This document shows, piece after piece, positions 1 through 10,447 of a stretch of 64,000 nt of DNA (position 1 is its first letter; every line of letters begins with the position of its first letter). This DNA is from Candidatus Dojkabacteria bacterium. GTDB taxonomy: Bacteria > Patescibacteriota > Dojkabacteria > J137. The notes under the pieces were generated by a model, which saw only the letters and a program-made list of their open reading frames with translations, did not search any database and was not told where the DNA came from. The position numbers were made by a program, and so were the translations under genes. The stretch lies in the NCBI GenBank assembly GCA_025999215.1, contig AP024679.1, positions 101,645 to 165,644 of the forward strand, written 5' to 3'.

Positions 1-246
1 GAAAAGGTTGTAAATGATTTAATTTTTATGGTAAAAATTGAAGAGTTAAACCAAAATAATTTAATTTTAAGTGATGAAGAAAAAGATACATTTCGAGCAA
101 TTTATTATTATTTAAATGATTTATCAATTTATCTAAAAAAATTGTTTGATTTAGGAGGTGTTTATTATTTTGATTTGTTTGACAATTTAATTATTTCACT
201 TATGGCAAGAATTTATTACCATTTAGAATATAATAAAGAGTCATGA
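1..246 (+). CDS. 3' end of a hypothetical protein gene running in from upstream of the window (partial)
   Basis: The frame is open from base 1 into the 72-aa ORF at 28..246. There is no recognisable motif. The ORF converges on the valS 3' end. Confidence 0.3.
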   Translation, partial: EKVVNDLIFMVKIEELNQNNLILSDEEKDTFRAIYYYLNDLSIYLKKLFDLGGVYYFDLFDNLIISLMARIYYHLEYNKES

Positions 247-2861
247 TCACCTTCTATCTTTGGTATTTCTTGCCAAATCCGCTCAGTTATAAATGGCATA
301 AATGGGTGCAACATTTTCAGATACTCACGTAGAGCGTAAATTAGAGCTAAGCTTGCCTCTTTTTTATGCGATAAATTAACATCCTCAATCACATTTCCAT
401 TTTCATCTTTTTTGGGATAAATAAACTTTTTTAAAGTTTCAATCCTTATATCACAGAAATCATGCCAAAATTCACTATAAAGAGAATCGGTTGCGTGTCC
501 AAACTGAAATTCCAAAATATTTTTTGTGATCTTTTTTTTGAGGAACTTTACTTGCTTAACCAATTCTTTGGTTTCATTAAGCTTAAAATCTTCTGTTTGC
601 ATTTGATTGATTTCGTTTTTATCCAAATCTTCAATATTCATCAAAACGAATTTGGAAGCATTCCATATTTTATTTGCAAAATGCTTAAACATTTTTAATT
701 TATCATAGGTAAGCGCATAAGATGCACCAGCACTGTTTTGATAGAAGTAAGCCATCCTTAGCGCATCCGTACCATAATCTTCTCTAACCTTATCAATGTC
801 GATCAAATTGCCCCTAGATTTGCTCATTTTTTGCCCATCAGTACCCTTAACCAAACCAGTCAAATAAACATCCTTAAATGGCTCCTGAGCGCATTTAAAC
901 GCACTAAACATCATCATACGACTAATCCAGTTTTCTAAGATATCATACCCAGAAACCATCACGTCAGTAGGATAATATTGATCCATAAGTTTATATTTCA
1001 TCAAGGTTGCAAAAGGCCATTGTCCAGAACTAAACCATGTATCAAGCACATTGTCATCTTGAACCCACCCAGGACCAGGGCATTCTTTCTGAACTCTCAA
1101 ATGTTCTGGATTATCGTATTCAAGTTCGACCCACTCACCCGGTTTGATTTCAATCATTTCTTTTACTTGACCGCTATCATCAATTATTTCTTTAACTTTA
1201 CCGTGATACCATACAGGCAATCTATATCCCCACCAGAGCGATCTAGAAATTGCCCAATCCCTTAAATTATACATCCAATGATAAAACTTTTTCTTCATTG
1301 ACTTAGGGTGAATTTTCACCCTACCCTCTTTTACCATTTTTATAGCTTCTTCTTTGATATAATCGTATTTTAAATACCATTGAGATGATAATAATGGCTC
1401 GATTGGCGCCTTGGTTCTCTCTGCAATTTGAATTTTATTTTGGTAAGCTTTGTCAACTGCAACTAAATTGCCATGTTTTTGCATATCTAGTTCTAATCTT
1501 TCTCGCGCTTCTTTTATTGTTAGTCCTGCGTACTCACCAGTCAAATGATTCAACCGCAAATCATAACCTATTACCTGAATAGCAGGCAAACACTGTTCAG
1601 GATGCCTTTGTGCTATTTCCCAATCAACCTGAGAATGCGCGGGAGTTATTTTTAGCAAACCAGTTCCAAAATCTTTATCTACAGCATAATCTGCAATAAA
1701 GCTAATCTCTTTAACTTTTCCAAGAAAACTTACCTTTACTTTCTTACCCATAAATTTCTTGTATCTTTCATCCTTTGGATTACAAGCAATTGCTGTATCT
1801 GCAAATATAGTTTCTGGACGAACAGTTCCTATTATAAATCCGTTTTTAAAAGCATCATCTCCCTCCAAATCAAACATCACAACATGTCCACCTGGGTATT
1901 TTTGAGATTCAAAAAAATTGATTTTACTTAAAACCTCTTCAATTTTGTTCTTATCGCTCAAATCAACTGGAACAACCACAAGAGCGTAATTTTCATCAAA
2001 TCCTAACCTTACACCTACTACCCTACCCTGGTTAGGTGTTTCTTTTTCATTTTGATAACCGCAAGCAATCACCTTTTCACCCGTTGGTAAAACTCCTTGT
2101 AAATATGGGAACTTAGAATTCTTTTTTGTTACTTTGAAATTAACTATTTTGTTATGAAAATTTTCTTTCCAAGAAAGCGCCTTACTTACTGGTTCACCAA
2201 AAGCATATTTAAAATAATAAAAGTTACTCTGTGTTTCTTTGTACTCTACTTGATTATCAGCAACCGCAGTTCGTGCTTTGGGATCCCAATTCACTATTCT
2301 AACTCCTTTATAAATCATTCCCGCATTGTACATTTCAACAAACGTGTCCAATACTATTTCAACAATGTCAGGATCAAGCGTAAAAGTATTTCTGTCAAAA
2401 TCTGCACTCAATCCTATGGTTTGCTCATCTTTCAATGCTTGTTCCATGTTATTTTTCATCCATTCCATCATGTCGTTATAAAAATCATCCCTATTCATGT
2501 CAAATTTATTTTTACCTTGTTTTTCAAGTACTTCTCTCACATAAACTCCCTCTCCCTCCAATCCGGCGTGATCTTTGCCAGGAAGCATAAGCACTTTTTT
2601 TCCATTCATTCTTTGAAATCTAGCCATAGCGTCCATGTAAGCATAACCTGAAATGTTTCCTACATGTGGACGCCCATATGCATTTGGTGGAGGACAAATT
2701 AAACACCATCTTGGTCGTTTATCATTGGTCTCTTCAGCTTCAGTTTGCAAAGTATTGGTTAAGGGATAGTACTCCGGCTTGTACATTTTTTGCTCTAGCC
2801 ATTTTCTGAGAATTATTTCTTCATGATCTTTGTGGTTATATCCGCCTTTTGGTAAAGCCAT
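216..2861 (-). CDS. valS: valyl-tRNA synthetase (class I aaRS)
   Basis: 881 aa. HIGH-region variant PPPNAYGRPHVGN near the N-terminus and a KMSKSRGN motif. A CP1 editing-domain-length insert and an overall ValS-like architecture. Confidence 0.9.
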   Translation of the reverse strand: MALPKGGYNHKDHEEIILRKWLEQKMYKPEYYPLTNTLQTEAEETNDKRPRWCLICPPPNAYGRPHVGNISGYAYMDAMARFQRMNGKKVLMLPGKDHAGLEGEGVYVREVLEKQGKNKFDMNRDDFYNDMMEWMKNNMEQALKDEQTIGLSADFDRNTFTLDPDIVEIVLDTFVEMYNAGMIYKGVRIVNWDPKARTAVADNQVEYKETQSNFYYFKYAFGEPVSKALSWKENFHNKIVNFKVTKKNSKFPYLQGVLPTGEKVIACGYQNEKETPNQGRVVGVRLGFDENYALVVVPVDLSDKNKIEEVLSKINFFESQKYPGGHVVMFDLEGDDAFKNGFIIGTVRPETIFADTAIACNPKDERYKKFMGKKVKVSFLGKVKEISFIADYAVDKDFGTGLLKITPAHSQVDWEIAQRHPEQCLPAIQVIGYDLRLNHLTGEYAGLTIKEARERLELDMQKHGNLVAVDKAYQNKIQIAERTKAPIEPLLSSQWYLKYDYIKEEAIKMVKEGRVKIHPKSMKKKFYHWMYNLRDWAISRSLWWGYRLPVWYHGKVKEIIDDSGQVKEMIEIKPGEWVELEYDNPEHLRVQKECPGPGWVQDDNVLDTWFSSGQWPFATLMKYKLMDQYYPTDVMVSGYDILENWISRMMMFSAFKCAQEPFKDVYLTGLVKGTDGQKMSKSRGNLIDIDKVREDYGTDALRMAYFYQNSAGASYALTYDKLKMFKHFANKIWNASKFVLMNIEDLDKNEINQMQTEDFKLNETKELVKQVKFLKKKITKNILEFQFGHATDSLYSEFWHDFCDIRIETLKKFIYPKKDENGNVIEDVNLSHKKEASLALIYALREYLKMLHPFMPFITERIWQEIPKIEGDHDSLLYSKW

Positions 2862-2974
2862 TTGTATTAATTAAAATTTTTAAAATTTCACGTAAATTAT
2901 TAATTATTATCGATAACTCCCTTTGCGTATTATACCTACTTACAATATCTTTAGCAAGCTGATAAAATATTAGT

Positions 2975-3598
2975 ATGAAAAAATTAATTTTAATATTTTG
3001 TTTACTTGTATTTGTAAAATTTAGCGCTCAATTGGCTTTGGCTCAGGTGAACATGGAAAATAATGACACCGTTGAAACAGCAACCAGTAGCGATTTTACT
3101 GCTAAGTTATTACAACTGACACAAGAACCTAGTAGCAAAAAGGCCGTGTTTGTAATGCAAATTAAAAGCGGAATTAAAAGTGATAGAGTTTTAATAAACT
3201 GGGAAGTTAAAGGCGGTTCTCAAATAACAGATACCTACTCTTCAAAAGGATTATTAATTGTGGAACCAGGTAAAACGTACAATGTACCAATTGAAATAAA
3301 GCCATTCCCTAACTCAGTTACTGAAGTTTATGGAGTTGCAGAAGCATTTTTGATTGATGGCAAAAAAATAGCAACCGTTAGAAAAAATTTTTCAACTAAC
3401 AACAATGCAGAAATTTTGCCATTGACTGATGAATATCTTCAAGCAAAAAGAGATTATCAAATAAAGCAAGCAGTAACTTCTTTTCTTGTTTTTGTAATTG
3501 CAATAGCACTTTCATATTTTGGAATTAAAAAATTTATTGCTTACCTTAAAAGAGACGATGTCGCTGTTTATGATCAAAAACTTAAGGATAAAAAGTAA
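2975..3598 (+). CDS. hypothetical exported protein
   Basis: 207 aa. Signal peptide MKKLILIFCLLVFVKFSAQLALA and one C-terminal TM helix (LVFVIAIALSYFGI). No known domain recognised. Confidence 0.5.
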   Translation: MKKLILIFCLLVFVKFSAQLALAQVNMENNDTVETATSSDFTAKLLQLTQEPSSKKAVFVMQIKSGIKSDRVLINWEVKGGSQITDTYSSKGLLIVEPGKTYNVPIEIKPFPNSVTEVYGVAEAFLIDGKKIATVRKNFSTNNNAEILPLTDEYLQAKRDYQIKQAVTSFLVFVIAIALSYFGIKKFIAYLKRDDVAVYDQKLKDKK

Positions 3599-3665
3599 AT
3601 TGCGTTAAAGTACAATTTCTTCATTAATTTGATATGTTAATATTTGTTGTTTTAAAGAAAGTTTT

Positions 3666-5333
3666 ATGAGATGGATAATGCCAAGTGAAGAGACACAAAA
3701 TGTGCTTGATTTTATACTAGAACAAAGAGGTATTGATGATTTTGAAAAATTTTCAACATACTCGCTAAATCATCTTCATTCTCCTTGGAAACTTCACGAT
3801 ATCGATAAAGCAATAGACGCGATTATCAATGCATTTAAAAATAATGAGAAAATTTTTATTCATGGTGATTTTGATGTGGACGGAGTAACAGCAACAACCA
3901 TAATGTGGAGATTTCTATATCAAAAATTAAAAGCTAATGCCATACCTTACATACCAAGCAGATTTGAAGAAGGCTATGGCTTATCGCGAGATTCTCTCGA
4001 TGCAATAGTCCAGCAAGGCGGACAATTGGTGATTACTGTAGACTGTGGCGTTAAAGATATTGATTTGATAACAGAATATTCTGATAAATTAAAATTCGTC
4101 ATAACAGATCATCACTCACTAGCCCTCAAAGATAATTATTTAAATCGTGACGATGTAGAAATTATTGGAGATTTTGCAATATCAAAAAAAGCTTTAGCCG
4201 TTGTGCATCCTGCCTTAGGTAACTACCCTTTTGACAAACTCTGTGGTGCAAGTGTGGCATGGAAATTGTGTTGTGCAATAAATGAAAAGCTTAATTTAGG
4301 ATGCGAAATGAGTGATTTTCTTGATTTGGTCGCCCTTGCTACCGTTTGTGACATTATGCCATTGATTGATGAAAATAGAGCTTTGGTAAAAATTGGCCTA
4401 GAACAATTTCGAAAAACTAAAAATGTAGGGCTAATTGCACTTGCTGAAGTATCGGGTATTGATATATCAAAGGTTGATGAATATTCTTTGGGTTATCAAA
4501 TTGGTCCCCGCATCAATGCAGCAGGTAGACTGGAACATGCTATTGACGCAGTTAAACTTTTATCTACTGATAAATTCCAAAGCGCAAGGAGTATTGCAAA
4601 ATATCTTCAAACACTTAATTCAAAAAGGCAAAATTTGACTCAGGAATATTATGAACATGCAGAAGAGCAGATAAAAGATCAGATAGATGATTTTGTATAC
4701 TATGTTGAAGGTGAAAATTGGCCTGAGGGTGTAGTTGGGCTTATAGCAGGTAAACTATCTCAAAAACACTCAAGACCTGTGCTAGTTGCATCAAAAAAAG
4801 GATCAACAATCAAAGGTTCAGCACGAAGCATAGAATGTTTTGATATTGCTCAAATGTTTAAAAAATTGGATAAGTTGTTAATTGCTCATGGAGGGCATAC
4901 TCAGGCAGCAGGATTTACTTTAAGTGAAGAAAACAAGGATAATTTTGTAACAACCCTTAAAAAACTTGCTAATGAATATTTAAATCCTGATGATCTAACT
5001 AAATACCTAACCATTGATGCTCTAACAACTCCAAAATTTATAAATAACGAGCTAATACAAAAAATTGATTTACTTTCACCATTCGGATTCGGTAATCCAA
5101 AGCCTGTGATTGCTATTGAAAACGCCGAAATTACCAATGTTCGAACTTTTGGTAAGGAAAATAATCATTGTGAAATAACACTATTTAAAGACAATCACAC
5201 AATAAATGCTGTTGCCTTCAACCAAACGATCGAAAAAAATAGAAAAAAATATATATCTGTTGCAGGTACTCTTAAAATCGATGAATACAAAAAACTTCCA
5301 ACCATCAGGCTAATTGATGTGAAGTTTAGTTAA
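3666..5333 (+). CDS. recJ: single-stranded-DNA-specific exonuclease RecJ
   Basis: 555 aa. DHH motifs (HGDFDVDGVT, ITDHH) and a DHHA1 motif (AHGGHTQAAGF). Confidence 0.85.
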   Translation: MRWIMPSEETQNVLDFILEQRGIDDFEKFSTYSLNHLHSPWKLHDIDKAIDAIINAFKNNEKIFIHGDFDVDGVTATTIMWRFLYQKLKANAIPYIPSRFEEGYGLSRDSLDAIVQQGGQLVITVDCGVKDIDLITEYSDKLKFVITDHHSLALKDNYLNRDDVEIIGDFAISKKALAVVHPALGNYPFDKLCGASVAWKLCCAINEKLNLGCEMSDFLDLVALATVCDIMPLIDENRALVKIGLEQFRKTKNVGLIALAEVSGIDISKVDEYSLGYQIGPRINAAGRLEHAIDAVKLLSTDKFQSARSIAKYLQTLNSKRQNLTQEYYEHAEEQIKDQIDDFVYYVEGENWPEGVVGLIAGKLSQKHSRPVLVASKKGSTIKGSARSIECFDIAQMFKKLDKLLIAHGGHTQAAGFTLSEENKDNFVTTLKKLANEYLNPDDLTKYLTIDALTTPKFINNELIQKIDLLSPFGFGNPKPVIAIENAEITNVRTFGKENNHCEITLFKDNHTINAVAFNQTIEKNRKKYISVAGTLKIDEYKKLPTIRLIDVKFS

Positions 5334-5357
5334 AACTACATGTAATTAAAGCAAAAA

Positions 5358-5390
5358 GAAAAGCGAGGCAAAAGCCTCGCTTTTCTTTAT
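5358..5390. terminator. bidirectional rho-independent terminator between convergent recJ and HU genes
   Basis: GAAAAGCGAGGC-AAAA-GCCTCGCTTTTC is a perfect 12-bp stem with a 4-nt loop. It is flanked by an A-run on one side and a T-run on the other. Confidence 0.55.
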
Positions 5391-5406
5391 ATTTCTCAGA
5401 AAGCAA

Positions 5407-5679
5407 TTATTTAACTGCTTCTTTGAAAGCTTTACCAGCTGTAAACTTTGGAACATTCTTTGCTGGAACTTTCACAGGAGCACCAGTTTTTGGATTTCTT
5501 TTGGTGCTAGCTTTTCTGTGTACTGCTTTGAATGTACCGAACCCTGTTAGAGTTACAGCATCATTTTTTGAAACTGTTGAAACAACAGCATCAACAAATG
5601 CTTCTAGCACAGATGCTACATCTTTTTTTGTTAGCCCTGTTTTAGAAGCGATATGAGCAACTAATTGTGCTTTATTCAT
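5407..5679 (-). CDS. hup: DNA-binding protein HU
   Basis: 90 aa: MNKAQLVAHIASKTGLTKKDVASVLEAFVDAV...GFGTFKAVHRKA...RNPKTGAPVKVPAK. This is the canonical HU/IHF fold sequence. Confidence 0.85.
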   Translation of the reverse strand: MNKAQLVAHIASKTGLTKKDVASVLEAFVDAVVSTVSKNDAVTLTGFGTFKAVHRKASTKRNPKTGAPVKVPAKNVPKFTAGKAFKEAVK

Positions 5680-5857
5680 ATGCTTGTATTTAATAAATAA
5701 TATAGCGTGAGATTAACTCACTGTATAAAGTTTATTGATATATAAAGCGATTGTCAATATTTAACCTTATTTTATTTTTTTACACTACTCTACTTACAAA
5801 AATCTAAAAGCTGAAATTTATTATTTGTAATATTTTCATAAAATTCCCCAACCCTCT

Positions 5858-5999
5858 GGATTTTATTGTTATACAATACTTTTGGTATATTGTCGGAATG
5901 TTTTAAATATAACTAGTGAGAATTATCAAGTATATTTGGGTAAAAGTATAATCTATTTATAAAATACGTAAAATTTTTGATTTTATTGTATAGCAATAC
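5858..5999. promoter_or_regulatory. two copies of a 21-nt site (GATTTTATTGT-N3-(A/G)CAATAC), 120 nt apart, in the divergent hup / P-type ATPase intergenic region
   Basis: The copy at 5858-5879 reads ggattttattgttatacaatac and the copy at 5978-5999 reads tgattttattgtatagcaatac. Each contains an ATTGT-N3-ACAAT-like inverted repeat. Confidence 0.3.
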
Positions 6000-6052
6000 A
6001 ACTTTCATGTGAAAGGTATAGAAAACTTTCAAAAAAACTGTTAGCATTTTAT

Positions 6053-8500
6053 ATGGAATTTAAAAAATATGGTCTAACTTCAACTGAAGTAAGAAAAAGT
6101 AGGAAAATTTATGGTGAAAATACTTTCAAAACCAAAAAAACAAAAAACATTTTTTTAATATTTTTGAGCCAGCTACTTAACCCTCTTGTCTATGTATTAT
6201 TTTTAGCGATTTTTTTAAACCTGATTTTAAAAGAATATCTTGATGCATTAATTATTTCTATAGTTTTGATAATCAACTCTTTTCTTGGAACCATTCAAGA
6301 ATACAAAGCACAAAACACTTTAAAAATCTTGAGTAGTTACATAGAAGAAAAAGTCACTGCAATCAGAGATGGGATAAAGAAAAAAGTTTTGTCAAAAGAT
6401 TTAGTAGTTGGAGACAAAGTGATTTTAACACCTGGTTTGAAAGTTCCTGCTGATATAGCATTAATTAAAGCTTCAGAAGTAACCACAAATGAATCCTCAC
6501 TAACAGGAGAATCCAGATTAATCCTAAAGCAAGCTACAAACCTGGAGGAGTTTAGTTTAGATGATTTGGGCTCTGAAAACATTCTTTATAAAGGTTCATT
6601 TATAACAAGTGGGGTAGGGGAGGGAATCGTAATCCGAGTTGGAGCACAAACTGAATTTGGTAAAATTGCTGAAAAATTGGTAGTAGAAGATGAAACTCTC
6701 ACACCACTGCAAATCAAAATACAAAATTTTGCCAAAACTATAACTCTTTTTGTTTTTCTCTATGCGCTTGCTATTTTATTTGTTAACTTTTTACGCGGAA
6801 ATTCTTTTACTGAATCTATAACTCTAAGCATTGCTGTTGCTGTTTCGGCCATACCTGAAGCTTTAGTAATATCCTTAACAATCGTGTTAGCTTTGGGAAT
6901 GCAAAGGTTGTTGCAAAAAAAAGCACTCGTTAGAAAAATGATTGTTGCAGAAACTCTAGGATCAATAACAACATTATGCATTGATAAAACAGGAACTCTA
7001 ACTCGTGGAGAAATGAGCGTTGTTGGCTTTGAATTTACAAATAAAAGTGATGCATTGAAATCCTTAAATTTAAATAATAATGAAATAAATAGTGTTGATT
7101 TTGCAGTTAAACAATGGCTTCAACAGAATAAACTTTTGATGAACATTACCCCAGAATTTAGAACAGTTTTTAACTCTCAGACAAAGTATGCTTGGGCTAT
7201 AAATAACCAAACAGCATATTTTTTAGGTGCACCTGATCGATTAATTGAAAAACTAAAAAATGAAAATGAAAAAAACATTCTAAAGCAAAAAATAGACGAA
7301 CTAACAAACAAAGGAAGTAGAGTAGTGGGTATTGCAAAAAAGATTCTTACCAAAGAGGAATACGACTCACAAAATGTTAAATTTGAAAATCTGGAATGGT
7401 TAGGTTTAATTGAACTTAATGATCCTGTAAGAATGGAAGCTAAGGAAGCACTTGCAGAATGTAAAAAAGCCGGTATTTCTATAAAAATTATTACTGGTGA
7501 TTATAAAAATACTGCAGTTTATGTTATGGAAAATTTGGGTATAAAAATTGATGAAAGCCAAATTATATCTGGCGAAGACATAAAAAAAATGAGTGACGAG
7601 GTTTTAGAGAGTGTTGTTAGTAAAAAAATACTGTTTTATAGAATTGAACCGACACAAAAATATAGAATAGTAAGCGCGCTACAAAAAAGAGGAGAGAGGG
7701 TATGCATGATGGGTGATGGTATCAATGACGCGCCTGCGCTCAAAAAAGCTGATATTGGAGTTGTAGTAGACAACGCCACTGATGTATCAAAAGACATTGC
7801 GGATATGGTTTTACTTGATTCAAGTTTTAACACCTTGGTTGATGCTGTAGAAGAGGGTAGAGTGATTTTTGCTAACATGAAAAAAATTATCACATTTTTG
7901 TTGTCTGATTCTTTTTCTGTTTTAATGCTTATTAGTGGTAGTTTTTTACTAAATTTACCCTTGCCGCTTAATCCACTACAAATAATTTTTATTAATTTAA
8001 TAGGGGATAGTTTTCCTGATGTAGGTTTGGCTTTTGAAAAAAAAGAAAAAAATGTTATGCGAAAATTACCCAAGAACCATTACAAAATTTTTAATTCAGA
8101 AACATTAAGCTTGATAATTATAATTGGATTTATTGCTAATTTAATAAATTTTGCAGTATTTGTTTGGCTGTATTCTAATGGTTACAGTATTGAAACTATT
8201 CAAAGCTTTATATTTTTGCTCTTATCAATAGACTCTTTTTTGTATGTTTATTCAATTAGATCGCTAAAATCAAATATCTGGAAATACAATCCTTTTTCAA
8301 ATTCGATTTTAAATATTGGTGTGCTTATAGGTTTTTTCTTAACCTTGATTTCTTTTTATTTGCCATTTTTGAGGGATGGACTTAATCTTGTTGTTTTATC
8401 GCCTTATTTAATTGAAATGGTAGCAATTCTAGCCTTTTTGAATATTTTTGCTGTAGAATTAACAAAGTACATTTATTTAAAATATTTGGATAAAAATTAA
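6053..8500 (+). CDS. cation-transporting P-type ATPase (P2-like, Ca2+/Mg2+ type)
   Basis: 815 aa. TGES actuator motif, the CIDKTGTLT phosphorylation site, the MMGDGINDAPALKKADIGV hinge, and about 8-10 TM helices. Confidence 0.85.
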   Translation: MEFKKYGLTSTEVRKSRKIYGENTFKTKKTKNIFLIFLSQLLNPLVYVLFLAIFLNLILKEYLDALIISIVLIINSFLGTIQEYKAQNTLKILSSYIEEKVTAIRDGIKKKVLSKDLVVGDKVILTPGLKVPADIALIKASEVTTNESSLTGESRLILKQATNLEEFSLDDLGSENILYKGSFITSGVGEGIVIRVGAQTEFGKIAEKLVVEDETLTPLQIKIQNFAKTITLFVFLYALAILFVNFLRGNSFTESITLSIAVAVSAIPEALVISLTIVLALGMQRLLQKKALVRKMIVAETLGSITTLCIDKTGTLTRGEMSVVGFEFTNKSDALKSLNLNNNEINSVDFAVKQWLQQNKLLMNITPEFRTVFNSQTKYAWAINNQTAYFLGAPDRLIEKLKNENEKNILKQKIDELTNKGSRVVGIAKKILTKEEYDSQNVKFENLEWLGLIELNDPVRMEAKEALAECKKAGISIKIITGDYKNTAVYVMENLGIKIDESQIISGEDIKKMSDEVLESVVSKKILFYRIEPTQKYRIVSALQKRGERVCMMGDGINDAPALKKADIGVVVDNATDVSKDIADMVLLDSSFNTLVDAVEEGRVIFANMKKIITFLLSDSFSVLMLISGSFLLNLPLPLNPLQIIFINLIGDSFPDVGLAFEKKEKNVMRKLPKNHYKIFNSETLSLIIIIGFIANLINFAVFVWLYSNGYSIETIQSFIFLLLSIDSFLYVYSIRSLKSNIWKYNPFSNSILNIGVLIGFFLTLISFYLPFLRDGLNLVVLSPYLIEMVAILAFLNIFAVELTKYIYLKYLDKN

Positions 8501-8503
8501 CAA

Positions 8504-9139
8504 ATGATAATTGCTCCTGCTATCTTTACTAACAATATAGATGAGTTTAAATTTCAATTAGAAAGTTACACAAAATTTGCTAAATATGTTGACGTAGATA
8601 TAAATTATCCGTCAGAAATTTTTAGAGGCATGCAAACAATTGAACTTGATGAAGCATTGAGTGTTTTAACTAAAGCTAAAAGAGAAAATGTTAATTTAAG
8701 CTTTCACCTAATGATGGATGATCCTCAAGAAGCTATTGAAGCCGTAATGAAATCTAACATAAAAATTTATAAAATTTACATTCATCAGGAATCTAATATT
8801 CAAGATATAAATATCAAATCAAATTTGGCAATTACAGTAAATGTAGAATCTAGATTACTTGATCTAGAATTTTATAATCAATTTTCTGAAGTACAGTTGA
8901 TGACCGTAACTACAGGAAACCAAGGAAATGATTTTATGCCCGATGTTTTGGAAAAAGCTAGAGCTTTGAGAGAGCAAGGTTTTACTGGGTTAATAGGTAT
9001 AGATGGTGGCGTAAACGATAAAACAGCGCACTTGATAAAAAATTATCCTATTGATAAAGTGAGTGTGGGTTCTTTTTTCAGCAAAGCTTTGGACCCAGAG
9101 GAAAATTTTCAATTACTCGAAAAAATATTTAAATCTTAA
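8504..9139 (+). CDS. ribulose-phosphate 3-epimerase-like TIM-barrel protein
   Basis: 211 aa. N-terminal IAPAIFTNNIDEF resembles IAPSILSADF of Rpe. The C-terminal GIDGGVN...VSVGSFF resembles VDGGV...GSAIF. Confidence 0.4.
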   Translation: MIIAPAIFTNNIDEFKFQLESYTKFAKYVDVDINYPSEIFRGMQTIELDEALSVLTKAKRENVNLSFHLMMDDPQEAIEAVMKSNIKIYKIYIHQESNIQDINIKSNLAITVNVESRLLDLEFYNQFSEVQLMTVTTGNQGNDFMPDVLEKARALREQGFTGLIGIDGGVNDKTAHLIKNYPIDKVSVGSFFSKALDPEENFQLLEKIFKS

Positions 9140-9148
9140 AGTAAAATT

Positions 9149-10447
9149 ATGCCTTTAGATGTTAGACTGCCCAAAAGACCAAAAGACTTTAAAATCAACG
9201 AAAATGGTAACGGCAATGGCAATGGCAGATTGATTAAAAGAGTTACTTTTTTTGGCGATTCTGCAATACCTGAGGGGGATCCAATTTATGAATCAGTTTA
9301 TGAAGCTGCGAAACTTCTTGCTCAAAATGACTACATCATCGTAAATGGAGGCGGACCAGGACTTATGAAGGCAGCTACAGATGGTGCTGAGTCTGTCAAT
9401 GGAAAAACTAGCGCTGTATTTTGGGAACCAAAACTTGCATCATTTTTTGAAGGTAAAAATATTTCAAATGTTACTGACGAATCAACATCTTTTTCAAATT
9501 ACATGATGAGAACTTTGGGCTTGATAGAGCAGGGTGATGCATATATTGTGTGTAAAGGTGGAACTGGTACCATTTCAGAATTTGGAATGGTATGGGCGCT
9601 TGCAAAACTTTATTATGGTTCACACAAGCCTGTTATTTTGTATGGTGATTTTTGGGATGATTTAATAATTGCATTTCAAAAAACAATGTACATTGATGAG
9701 GTTGAACTGAGTGTTCTATATAATGCAAGAACTCCAGAGGAGATTCTTTCACTATTGAAAATTCACGAATTAAAGCTTAAAAATGTAAAATCAAGAGTTA
9801 GTGGTGATGAAGCTGGGTTTGTTTTGTCTACCGAAGCCAAAATTACAAGTGAGAGTTATGATAAATATGCAAGACATTACCATGCTGATAGGGCAGGTAA
9901 ACTGGTCGCTCAAGATCAGCTTGATGAGTTTATATCTCTAGTTAACCCCCCTGCAAAAGTTCTTGATGTTGGTTTATGCACGGGACAAGATGCATCTTAT
10001 CTTTCTAATCATTATTCAGTAACTGCGATTGAGCCATCAGCAAAGTTTTGTGAGATTGCAAAATTTGAATGCTCCAATGTTAACATTGTTCAAGGTGATA
10101 TAGTAAATTACGAACTAGAGCCAAACACGTACAAAGGTATTTGGGCAAGAGATTCAATTCACCATATTTCAGAAAAAAACCTAGATAAGGTATTTCAAAA
10201 ACTTTCAAACGCTTTAGTTGACAATGGCATACTTTATATAATTGTAAGAGAGGGTAGTGGTGAATTTGTAGAAGAGGAGGAAAAAAACTATACTACAAAA
10301 GATCAACCTTTGAAGCGATTTTATCATCTATTTACAGCTGAAGAACTTGTACAAAGAGCTGAAAAGGCTGGACTAGTTCTCGAAAAAATTGACCATACTA
10401 AAAGAAGCCATAAGTGGTTAGTTGGAATTTTTAGGAAAAAGGCGTAA
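9149..10447 (+). CDS. fusion protein: N-terminal LOG/TIGR00730 family (Rossmann-fold nucleotide-binding/phosphoribohydrolase-like) domain + C-terminal class I SAM-dependent methyltransferase
   Basis: LOG motifs GGGPGLMKAATDGA and KGGTGTISEFGMVW in residues about 40-200. MTase motif I VLDVGLCTGQD, motif II IVQGDI and motif III LVDNGILYI in residues about 250-400. Confidence 0.6.
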   Translation: MPLDVRLPKRPKDFKINENGNGNGNGRLIKRVTFFGDSAIPEGDPIYESVYEAAKLLAQNDYIIVNGGGPGLMKAATDGAESVNGKTSAVFWEPKLASFFEGKNISNVTDESTSFSNYMMRTLGLIEQGDAYIVCKGGTGTISEFGMVWALAKLYYGSHKPVILYGDFWDDLIIAFQKTMYIDEVELSVLYNARTPEEILSLLKIHELKLKNVKSRVSGDEAGFVLSTEAKITSESYDKYARHYHADRAGKLVAQDQLDEFISLVNPPAKVLDVGLCTGQDASYLSNHYSVTAIEPSAKFCEIAKFECSNVNIVQGDIVNYELEPNTYKGIWARDSIHHISEKNLDKVFQKLSNALVDNGILYIIVREGSGEFVEEEEKNYTTKDQPLKRFYHLFTAEELVQRAEKAGLVLEKIDHTKRSHKWLVGIFRKKA

